From the human T2T-CHM13v2.0 reference genome, Homo sapiens: a DNA stretch of 64,000 nucleotides. The stretch lies in NCBI RefSeq assembly GCF_009914755.1, contig NC_060929.1; one strand, 5' to 3'. Within the stretch, counting starts at the first letter, position 1, and each line of letters opens with the position of its first letter. Below are positions 52,532 to 64,000 of this stretch, piece by piece. A program made the translations under genes and the position numbers. A model generated the notes under the pieces. The model saw only the letters and a list, made by a program, of their open reading frames with translations. It did not search any database and was not told the origin of the DNA.

Positions 52532-55353
52532 GGGACCTGCCAAATTTATAAAACAATTCTTACTGGACATAAGAAATGAGACTGATGAAAACACAATTAT
52601 AGTGACGGACACAATACTGCACTGATAGCACTAGACAGGTCATCAAGACAGAAAGGCAACAAAGAAACAATGACCTTAAACTATATCCTAGAACAAAAGG
52701 ACTTGACAGATATTTACAGAACACTCTACCCAACAACTGCAGAATGTACATTCTTTTCATCAGTACATGGAAAATTCTCCAAGATACATCATATAATAGG
52801 CCACAAAACAAGTTTCAATGAATTTAAGAAAGTCAGAATTACATCAAGTATCTTTTCAGACCACAGGGGAATAAATTGATAATTAACTCCAAAAGGAACC
52901 CATGAAATTACACAAATATGTAGAAATTAAATAACTGCTTCTGAATGATCTTTGGGTCGACAATGAAATCCAGAGGGAAATTTAAAAGTTCTTCAAACTG
53001 AATAACTGTGGCATGACTTATCAAAACCTCAAGGACACAGCAAAAGTGATGTTTAAAGGAATGTTCACAGCATTAAATGGCCACATCAAAAAGACTGAAA
53101 GAGCACAAACAGACAATCTAAAGTCACACCTGAAGTAACCAGAGAAACAAGAACGAATCAAACCCAAACCCAACAGAAGAAAAGTAATAACGAACATCAG
53201 AGCAGAACTAAATGAAATTCAAACAAAAAAACAAAAAAACCACAAAAGATAAATCAAAAAGCCAGTTTTCTGAAAACACAAACAAAATTGATTGACCATT
53301 AGCAACATTAAGCAAGAAAAGAAGAGAAAAGATCCAAATAAGCTCAATTAGAAATGAAATGAGAGATAGCACAACTGATACCACAGGAATACAAAAGATC
53401 ATTTAAGGCCAATATGAACACCGTTATGCACACAAACTAGAAAATCCAGAGGAGATGGATAACTTCCTGGAAATATACAACCCACCTAGATTAAATCAGG
53501 AAGAAATAGAAACTCTTAACAGACTAATAACAAGTAGCGAGATTGAAACAGTAATAAAAAAATTGCCAACTAAAATATCCAGGATGTATTCACAGCTGAA
53601 TTCTATCAGGCATCCAAAGAAGGACTGGTACCAATCTTATGGAAACTATTACAAAAGATAAAGAGGGAATCGTCCATAAATCATTCCATGAAGCCAGTAT
53701 CACCTTAATACCCAAACCATGAAAGGACATAGCAAAAAGAGAAAACTACAGACTAATATCCCTCATGAATATAGATGCAAAAATCCTCAACAAAATACTA
53801 GCGAACCGAATCAAACAGCATAGCAAAAAGATAATAACACCATGGTCAAGTGGGTTTCATACCACGTATGCAGGAATGGTTTAATATATGCAAGTCAATA
53901 AATGTGATACCTCACATAAACAGAATTAAAAACAAAAAATCAGAGATCTCAATAGATGCAGAAAAAGCATCTGACAAACTCTGCCATCCCTTTATAAATA
54001 GAACACTCATCAAAATCAGCACAGAAGGGACATACCTCAAGGTAATAAAAGCCCTCTATGACAAACCCACAGCCAACATTATACTGAATGGGGAAAAGTT
54101 GAAAACATTGCCCCTCAGAACTGGAATAAGACAAGGATGCCCACTTTCACCACTTCCTTTCGACACAGTACTGGAAGATCTAGCCAGAGCAATCAGAGAA
54201 GAGAAAGAAAAAGCATCCAAATTGGTAAACAGGAAGTCAAATTGTCCCTGTTCACTGATGATATGGTTGTATACCTAGAAAACTCTAAATACTCATCCAG
54301 AAAGCTTCTAAATCTGATAAATGAATTCAGTAAAGTTTCAGGATACAAAATCAATGGACACAAATCAGTAGCATTGCTATGTGCCAACAATGACCAAGCT
54401 GCGAATCAAATGAATAAGTCAACCCCTTTTGCAACAGGTGAAAGAAAAAAAAACAACTTAGGAATATACCTAACACAAAAGGTGAAATATCTCTACATGG
54501 AAACTACAAAAACCTGCTGAAAGTGAACATAGAAAACGCAAATAAATGGAAACACATCCCAGGCTCATAGATGGGTAGAATTACTATTGTGAAAATGACC
54601 ATACTGCCAAAGCAATCCACAAATTCAATGCAATTCCCCTCAAAGCAGAATCATCTTTCTTCACAGAACTAGAAAAAACAATCCTAAAATTCATATGGAA
54701 CCAAAAAAGACCCCAGATAGCCAAGGAAGACTAATCAAAAAGAACAAATCTGGAGGCATCACATTACCTGAATTCAAACTATACTACAAATCTAGAGTTA
54801 CCAAAACAGCAGGGAACTAATATGGAAATAGGTGTGTAGATCAATGGAACAGAATAGAGAACCCATAAATAAAGGCAAATACTTACTGCCAATCGATCTT
54901 CAACAAACAAAAGACATCAAGTGGGGAAAGGACATCCTATTCAATACAAGGTGCTGGGATAATTCACAAGCCACATGTGAAGAATGAAGCTGGATCCTCT
55001 CCTCACACCTTTTACAAACATCAGCTGAGGATGGATAAAAGACTTAAGACCTGAAAGCAAAATCTACAAGATATCATCAGAAAAACTTTTGTAGGCATTG
55101 ACTTCGGCAAAGAGCTCATGACGAAGAATCCAAAAGCAAATGCAACAAGAACAAAGATAAATAGATGCAATTTATCTTAATTTATCTTTATTTTAAATAA
55201 GTACCTTCTGCACAGGAAAAGAAGTAATAAGCAGACTAAATAGAACCCACGGAAAGGAAGAAAATATTAACAATCTGTACATCTGACAAAGGACTAGTAT
55301 CCAGAATCTAAAAGGAACTCAAACAAATCCGCAAGAAAAAACAAATCATCCAA

Positions 55354-55655
55354 TTGGGTGTGGTGGCTCATGTCTGTAATCCCAGTCCTTTCGGAGGCTG
55401 GGGCAGGCAGATCACTTGAAGTCAAGAGTTCAAGACCAGCCTGGCTAACATGGTGAAACTTGTCTCTACTAACGACACAAAAATTAGCTGGGCGTGCTGG
55501 TGGGTGACTGTAATCCCAGGTACTTGGGAGCCTGATGCAGGATAATCGCTTCAACCCAGGAGGCAGAGGCTTCAGCGAGCCAAGATCATGCCCCTGCACT
55601 CCAGCCTGGGTGACAGAGTGAGACTCTGTCTCAAACAAACAAACAAACAAACAAC
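55354..55655 (+). mobile_element. Alu (S-like) inside the L1PB
   Basis: Dimer with an (AAAC)n tail. Confidence 0.88.
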
Positions 55656-56527
55656 AAAACCAATCCCATCAAAAAGTGGGCAACATTCATGAAGAGACAG
55701 TTCTCAACAGAAGATATACAAATGGCCAACAAGCATAGGAAAAAATGCTGAACATCACTAATTAACAGGGAAATGCAAATAAAATCCACAATGCAATACC
55801 ACCTTACTCCTGGAAGAATGGCCATAATTTAAAAAATAAAGAAATAACAGATGTTGGCATGGATGTGGTGAAAAGGAACACTTTTACACTGCTAGTGGGA
55901 ATGTAAACTAGTACAACTACTATAAAAAACAGTACGGAGATTCTGTAAAGAACTTAAAGGTAGAACTATCATCTGATCTAGCAATCCCACTACTGGCTAT
56001 CTACCCAGAAGAAAAGAAGTTATCTTATGAAAAAGATACTTGCACCCACATGTTTATAGCAGCATAGTTTGCAATTGCAAAAATATGAAACCAGCCTAAA
56101 ACAAATCAGTGGATAAAGAAAATGTGATATATATTTGTGATCTGTATATATGTAAATACCATGGAATACTACTCAGCCATAAAAAGGAATGAAATATCAG
56201 CACTCACACAACCTGGAGTTGCAGACCATTATTCTAAGTGAAGTAACTCAAGAATGAAAAACCAAACATCGTAGTATCTCACTTATAAGTGGGAGCTAAG
56301 CTACGAGGATGCAAAGACATAAGAATGATGTAATGGGCTTTTGGGACTCAGGGGGAGTGGTGGGAGGAGGGTGATGGATAAAAGACTACACATTGAGTAC
56401 TGTATACATTGCTCGGGTGGTGGGTGCACCAAAATCTCAGAAATCAACACTAAAAATCTTTTCCATGCAACCAAACACCTTGTTCCCCAAAACTATTGAA
56501 ATAAAATAAAAATAAAAATTATAACTA

Positions 56528-56906
<379 letters not shown>

Positions 56907-57824
56907 TTAAAGCAAGACAAAAGGAAATGTTAACAAATTTGGCTTCAGAAAAGTCCACAACCTCTACACTGTGAAAGATCCCATAGGGTTCCTAATAAGC
57001 AAAGAGCTGTTACGTTTGATAATCCAAATAGCCCAACTGTTGAACATTAATTCACACAACAAAAATTGTAAAATGGTCAAAACATGAAAAAATGTTCAGT
57101 CGTAATTGTAGTAAGGAAATGCATATTAAAACATTATATATTTTCTTTGAATAAAACTAAGCATACTGTTAGTATCTCATAGTGAGAAGAGCGACAGCGT
57201 TGAATGAAGTGTGAACTGCTCCACCCTTTTGAGAAGTCATCAGAAAGAGTCTGTGAAGACTGAAAATGCGCGTGCCCTTTGACTCTCAGCTTCCAAAATA
57301 AAACGAACCGCACTGCACAGCACTAGCTCCAAGACGCTTCTTGAAACCCTGTTTGTGAAGCCAGCCCTGGCCCTGTTGGGTGGGGCTCCAGGTCAAGGCA
57401 CCCCCAGTGCTCCCATTTACTTAGCACCTTGACTCAGGAATGGGTTGGACTCTCAGAGCTTACAATGTCTATGAAACACTATTAGAGATCATAAGAAATA
57501 CATTCAGACTCACAACTACCCACATGTTCATGGAGAGATGTAGAAATAAATAAGCGGATCTTACTCTTGTGTGTTAGTTTAGATGTTAGTTATGAAGAAG
57601 GGAGTGAAGAATGTAGTTTCTGCAAGTAAGACAAGCACATCGAGATAGATAATTTGGTATAATTTAACAACATTAAACAAAACTATTTTATCTTCTACTG
57701 CATCATCCCATGATTTCAAAATGTCTCATCATAGGTGAATTATTTTCCAAAGTCATTTGAGTTAAGAAAAGAATACAGCTATTCTTCAGAAGGACCAAGC
57801 TACTGCAGGAAGCTTGCAACTTAC

Positions 57825-57859
57825 CCCTGTGCAGATGAGCCCAGGGCGCCAGCTCCTTG
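57825..57859 (-). CDS. ZDHHC11: ZDHHC11 coding exon (35 nt, probably exon 7): QGAGALGSSAQG
   Basis: ccccacag|CAA...GG|gtaagt; keeps frame with its neighbours. Confidence 0.92.
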
Positions 57860-58674
57860 CTGTGGGGCAAAAGAAAATTCGTCACATGAAAAAAGAAGTT
57901 GTTGACATGCAGCTGATTCTTACATAAAAGTGACGTCTATTATTCCTGGGTTTTGAGGAATGGTACCTGGAGTTCTCTTGGGTCCTGAGTTCAGATCTCA
58001 GAACCACTTACATGTGCACGTGTTTTCATTTCTCTCTGGTGAGAAACTGGGAGTGGGATTCTGGTCATGTATTAGACATTTATCTTTTAAAGAAATGCCA
58101 AACTGCTTTCCAGTGTGGTGGCACTTTACACCCTCATTTAACTCCCACTAGCAAAAAAACGCAGGAGACTTGCAATTTCTCTACAACTTCACCAACCCTC
58201 GGTGGTGTCTGTCTTGTTGATGACAAGCATTCTCCTGGGTGTGTGGTAGTATCTGATTGTGGTTTTTATTTGCAGCTGCCTGATGTAGAATGATGTTGAG
58301 CATTTTTTTCCATGTGCTTATGTGGCATCCATATATCTATACATCTACATCTACCTTGGTAAGGAGTTTGTTCAAATCTTTTGCCCATTTTTTATATGTA
58401 TGTATGTATTTTTATTTATTTTTGTAGAGATGCTCAGGCTGGTCTTGAACTCCTGGCCTCAAGCAATCCTCTTGCTTGGCCTCCCAAAGCACTGAGATTA
58501 TAGGTGCTTCCCATTGTGTCCAGCCCTCTTGCCCATTTGAAAAACTGAGTTTTTTGTTTGTTTATGTTTTTGTTTGTTGTTTTTTTACAATTGCACTTTG
58601 AAAGCTCTTTGTGTCTTTGTGTATTCTGGACATCAGTCTAAGACTTGAAAATATTTTGTTTGCCTGTGGCTTGC

Positions 58675-59022
58675 ACAGGAATGAACACCTGGCTTTATTG
58701 TGCATTGCTTTACTGCACTTCACAGATACTGTGTTTTTTCACAAATTGAGGGTTTGTGGTGACCCTGGTCAAGCAAGTATGTCGGCGCCATTTTCCCCGC
58801 AGTGTGTGCTCACTTCAATTGTCTGTGTAAGCAGCTTTTAGCAATAAAGCACTTTTAATTCAGACACATAGTTTTTAGACATAATGCTGTTGCACACGTC
58901 ATGTAAACGTAACTTTTATAAGCACTGGGAAACCAGAAATTCATGTGACTTGTTTTACTGACATGTTTACTTTATTGTGGCTTTCTAAAACCAAACCTGC
59001 AGTATCTCTCATGTGTGCCTGT
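58675..59022 (+). mobile_element. Internally deleted Tigger1 DNA transposon
   Basis: Left end ctttattgtgcattgctttactgcacttcacagatactgtgttttttcacaaattgaggg; right end ..cctgcagtatctctcatgtgtgcctgta. Confidence 0.8.
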
Positions 59023-59029
59023 ATTTTTA

Positions 59030-60800
59030 TTTTCTTAATGGTGACTTTTGAAGAGCAAATATTTTCAATTTTGGTAAAGTCCAAACTATGATTTTTTTCT
59101 TTAATAGGCAGTGATTTTGGTGTCAGATCAAAGACAAGCTTTGTCTCACTAAAGATCACAGAGATTTCATTCTATGCTTGTTTCTAGAAGTGTTCTATGT
59201 TCAGCTTTTAAGTTTAGGTGTCAGATGGATTTGGGGCTAATTCTTCCGTGGCGAATGAAGTGATCCTGGGTAATCTTTGTACAGGTATGAAGAACTCAAT
59301 CATTCTTTTTTCTTTTCCATGTGGATATCCAATTGTTCTAGTACCACTTGTTGAACTATAATTTCTCCCTATTTAATGATTTTAGTACCATTATTTAAAG
59401 TCAATTGACCATAAATGAAAGCTTTAACTTTGGACCTTTCTTCTGGTCCATTTCTCTATATCTGTCTCTGTCGGTGCCACACTGTTTTTATTACTGTAGC
59501 TTTATGTCTCTCTCTCTGTCAGCGCCACCTGTCTTTAGTGCTACAGCTTTATAGTAACATTTAAAGTCTGGTTGTGTAAGTTCTCCAATTTTATTTTTTC
59601 TCAAAATCATTTGGCTAGTACAGTAGCCTAGGTCTTTTGAATTTGCATATACATTTTAGGACCACCTTGTCATTTCTGCTAAAACAGAAGCCTGCTGGGG
59701 TTCAGCAGGGATTGTGGTAAATCTGTAGATAAGTTTTGGGGAAAATTGCCCTTTTAATAGTATTTTTTTCCAATCTATGAATGCTGTACACCTTTTCACT
59801 TAATAGAGCGTCTCTGACTTCTCTCAGTCATGGTGTGTAGCTTTCAGTGTACATATTTGCATAAGGTTTGTCAAATTTATTCTTTTTTTATTAGACTATG
59901 AAAGGAAGTTTTAAAAATATAACCCGGATTTTTCATTGCTGGTGGATAGAGATGTGCGAGCGTGTATTTTAATATGTGCCCCACATCCTTGTTAAGTGAT
60001 TTAATTATCTTAACTAGGTCTTAAAACATACTTTTTAGGTTTCATTGTCTGCAAATAAACACAGTTTTATTTTGTATTCTCTGTGCCTTCATTTTCCCTG
60101 CTATGCTGGGCTGGCCAGAATGTGACTGTGATATCAGAAGTAGGAGGAAAGGGCGTCATCACCTGTGCCCAGCCTCCAAGAGAGGGTCACAAGCCTTTCA
60201 CCAGTAAATGTCACGTCAGGTACACAGGGTGCTTTCCTATCATTCCTAGGTCACTGAGATTTGTTAAAAATCATGAATGGGAACTTGCTGTTAACAAACC
60301 CTTTTCTGCATTGATTGGCATGATTGCGTGGTTACCGTTCTCTATTGGACTAACGTGCTGAGCTGTAGTAATTGATTCCTAGGCCTTAAGCCACTGCTTA
60401 CCCCTGGAGTGATATCACTTGGCCACAGTGCACATTCCTGCCCCGTGCTGCTCGATTTGGTTTCCCAAGGTCTTATCAGTGATCTCTGCCTGTGTTTCCT
60501 GAATGTACTGGCTTATGAATATCTGGTTTGGTGTCAGGTTGATAGTGGCATTGCTGAATGAGTTGGGAAGTGTTGCTTCCTTCTCTGTTTTCTGAAAGAG
60601 TCTGTGTGTAGGTTGTATTGTATTTTTTCTTTAAATCTTTGCTGGAATTCATGCATGAAGACTACAGGGCCTGGGATTTTTCTTCACTGGGAGATTTTAA
60701 ATTAGTAGTTTAGTCTCTTGGCTGTTCTATGTCTATTTAGACTTTCTATGTCTTCTTGAGTTAGTTATAATAATTCATGTCACTTAACCGGAAAGGGAAC
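59030..60800 (-). mobile_element. Old L1M fragment (antisense)
   Basis: T-rich L1 ORF2 reverse motifs (atgtggatatccaattgttctagtaccacttgttgaa; atgagttgggaagtgtt). Confidence 0.65.
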
Positions 60801-60830
60801 TAACTTCCTTAAGTTAAAAATCATGTTTCA

Positions 60831-61097
<267 letters not shown>

Positions 61098-61416
61098 GAC
61101 TCTGTCTCAAAAAAAAAGATGCAAAAAGCACATTTCAACTTTGGAAGATGTATCGTGCAGTATAGAAATGTCCAGGAGACTCAGTTCCTTTCCTATCTTT
61201 GCACTAGGAAGTCCGTGGTGCATGACTGGTGTTTATGTTCACAAAGACACATAGACACACCCATGCACAGAGCCTCACACACAGACACACACACAGCAGA
61301 GTCCATGGGCTGCATCGGCCCTGAAGTAAAGGAGCATGGCTGAGAGGTCCCAACCACCGAGTGACCTTAGACATTGTCCCAGGCCTGGAGAAATGGAGCA
61401 GAGAGACAGGTGGTAC

Positions 61417-61532
61417 CTGGAGAACTCCTTTGTCCATTTGCACGTATGGATCTTTCCTCACTGCTTGATGTTTTGAACTCTCTTCTTTGCGGTTATTAAT
61501 GAGATACTCAAAGGTGGTCATCTTCTTGGCCT
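61417..61532 (-). CDS. ZDHHC11: ZDHHC11 coding exon (116 nt, probably exon 6): ..AKKMTTFEYLINNRKEESSKHQAVRKDPYVQMDKGVLQ
   Basis: Acceptor ctccttttccctttccag|AG and donor CAG|gtacca on the minus strand; contains the DHHC-family TTxE motif. Confidence 0.95.
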
Positions 61533-64000
61533 CTGGAAAGGGAAAAGGAGGAACAGGACAAGATACCAGCCCTGCGGCTTTGCACGGCGCCCACAGGACA
61601 GCTCAGCAGAGTGGCCAGTGCCACTGATCCGGCCCCTGCACAGGGAGAACTGCTCCGCCCACCATGCAGGCCCTGTGAGGTCAGGATGAGTGCAGGTGCC
61701 TTGTGGGCCCAGTTCTGCAGCTAGCTGATGGTCAGCAGGAGGGGTCTGCAGCTGCGACCTGGGGAACAGTGCTGACCCACGCCCCTGCCGCCTGCCACGG
61801 CCTCATTGAGCTGCATTGTTAGTGGTGTCAGAGATGAGCTGTCTCTCACAGACCTGGGTCCCCTATACCATGCAGCTTGAGAGGTTGCTCCAGATCCCCT
61901 GGGATCGCTGGCAGGGGTAAGAGACCAGCTCAGGAGGGGCCGCTCTGTCTGAGGGTCCAGATGGCCTGTGGGGTTCCCCACATCTGGACACTGGGTGGGG
62001 CGCACCTTGGGGGATGCACAGAGACCCCACAGTCGGAGGACCACGCAGTGGGGCGGCCACCCCGAGGTGCTGGCTAGCGGGTCCTGGGACCACACACTCC
62101 TGAGCGTGCTGAGAGCCCCAGGCCCAGGAGGTGAACACGAGTGCTGTGAGTGCCACTCAGCACAGCCTCTGATGGGGCTGAGACAGGTCACCATCCCTGC
62201 AGCCCTGCACAGTGCCCACAGGACAGCTCAGCAGGCTGGCCAGAGCCCTACCCACCTGGCCTGTCCTGCAGGCAGCAAAGCAGCCCAGGGAAGCAAAGCA
62301 AAACCTGATACACCCGTTTATCTAAAAGAGCCGTCTTAACAAACGTTAATAAAATGGGCTCTGCACCTATTTCAGCCACGAGCTTCCATGGAGGGGCCAA
62401 ACTCTCCATGCTTCTTTCCCTAAACACCAACACCGTGAGAGCCGATGTCTTGTGACTATTTCTGGAGACTGGGGCGGCCGCCCACAGAGGCCTATTTGCA
62501 GTGAGGAGCAGATGGCGGTGGGCGCCCTGGGGAGCTGCCTGTGGCCAGCCCAGCCTTCACAGGATGCGTCTCACCACAGCCTCTCCAGTCCTGTGAGGTA
62601 GAGAAGAAGCTCCTGGACATCCTGGAGTCACTGCCCAGGGAGGCTCTGGGTCACGGGGGTGGGGACAGGCCTGGGCGTCCTGCCTCCCGCCCACAGCAGC
62701 CGACTGCCTGTCCTTTCATGTTTCTGCCACACTTGGTCTGGGCTTTGCGTTCAAGAAGCCCATTCCAAGTGCAGTGCCTGGCTCAGAGGACAGACCAGGT
62801 CATCCCTCCCAGCCCCGCATGGCTTCAGGCCCACTGCACTTCCCTGCTCTGCCGCCTGAGGCAAGGGCCAGCTTCTCTGCAGCACAAGGGCCTGCAGCAC
62901 CCCACGTGCTCAGCACACAGTGGGCATTGACTATTTTAACCCAGGGAAACATTTTGTACACAAAGTTGGAAAAAAATGACAAGTGCAGACTTTGTATTAC
63001 TGGGCAGTTTGAGCATCCCTTAATCTGCGGCACATGTGGATGAGACCATGTGGCCTCGGCCCAACCTCGGCCGATTCTCCTGTTGTGGGGGGACTCACCC
63101 TGACTCTAAGCATCTGAGGGTGAGAGATTTCCTGATAAGGAGAGATGATGAATTCTGGGTGGAGTGAAACTCCAGAAAAGCCTTCATAGGTGGTAAACCC
63201 AAAAATATTTAAATATAAGAGAGATTGCTAGATAATTCTAGAAAGTACTTTTAAAAATATTCCTGATTCTAAGAAGGGTGGAGAGTTTTGAAGGAGGCCC
63301 AAATGACTTCTCACTCTTAAGGGTTTCAGCTTCAGGAACAGGCAGCCTGTAACATTCTACAAGGCAGACGCGTGTCTCCATGAAGTTACACCTGAGGCTT
63401 TAGTTCCATTCCATTCAGTAAACATATCCTAAGCACCTATTCTATACAGGCACTGGCCTTGACATCCAAAATTAAAACTCTGAAAACAGCACATTCAGCT
63501 CTGTGTCCGTAGGATTTAATCCAGTGATTTTCATTGCACTTTCATTAAAAAAAATTCAACCCTCAGGCAAGACAACAGTGACTGTAAGATATGCGTTAGA
63601 GGTGTGTGTTTTAAAACATCCCCAGGGTTGTGTGGGGACAGTGGTTTGTAGGGTAACCTGTGGTTATGAACAAGGAGGCTCTTGGTGGGGTGTGTTCATT
63701 CTGAGCTGGGCGTTCTTGCCACAACTGCAGGCAGGGGATGCTCTGGAGATGGAGGTGAGCCCAGAGCCTGACCCACCCAACTCCCTCTGCCCTGACCAGG
63801 GGTTGGCCAAGCTGTCAGGAGCAGGGCATTCTTGGGGGCTGGCCTGGACACACTCTGCTGCCCGTGTCCACAGAAACCCCCTGAGAGGCCACAGCCTCGG
63901 GGCCACCACTGCCCAGAGAATGGAAGACGCTTTGCAGCTGGCCCACCATGACCAAAACGGCTGGTGCCAGGAGCAGGGAGGTTGTTGTTACTTCCAACAC

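Larger units (their letters stand above)
49600..56520 (+). mobile_element. Near full-length decayed LINE-1 (L1PB1-like), interrupted by an SVA and an Alu
   Basis: 5'UTR, ORF1 remnants (MENLFEEMIKETFPGLAR...RSSPRHMVIRLS), ORF2 remnants ([44 protein letters not shown]), L1PB-type 3' end and A-rich tail at about 56500-56520. Confidence 0.9.

Noticed and set aside
50330-55300. L1 ORF1/ORF2 as an active retrotransposon
   Set aside because: Multiple stops and frameshifts, with SVA and Alu insertions
63040-63140. Candidate extra exon (minus-strand donor gtgagt at about 63092-63097)
   Set aside because: No convincing acceptor or frame, and not needed to reconstruct the recognised protein

Overview
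This is eukaryotic (human-like, primate) genomic DNA, not prokaryotic. Almost all ORFs in the six-frame track are spurious. Spliced minus-strand exons reconstruct the C-terminal part of the palmitoyltransferase ZDHHC11 (chr5p15.33): seven coding exons (61532-61417, 57859-57825, 49301-49214, 45945-45911, 43662-43575, 38845-38811, 25224-25160) and a terminal 3'UTR exon starting at 20640. The DHHC-domain exons lie beyond the right edge. The 35/88/35/88/35-nt exons arose by intragenic tandem duplication of multi-kb blocks, which show patchy near-identity. The 3'UTR carries a 21-bp VNTR that is an array of miR-150 sites. The same exon holds a 279-codon open frame that would be joined in frame if the stop-containing exon were skipped. 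A CpG-island promoter with a non-coding first exon (about 8704-8790, minus strand) is most likely the ZDHHC11B first exon and possibly a duplicated TPPP exon 1. The window also contains an SPCS2 processed pseudogene, a near full-length L1PB with a nested SVA, MaLR LTRs, Alus, DNA transposon fossils and several VNTRs. Gene and repeat-family names come from recognition and memory, not from database searches.
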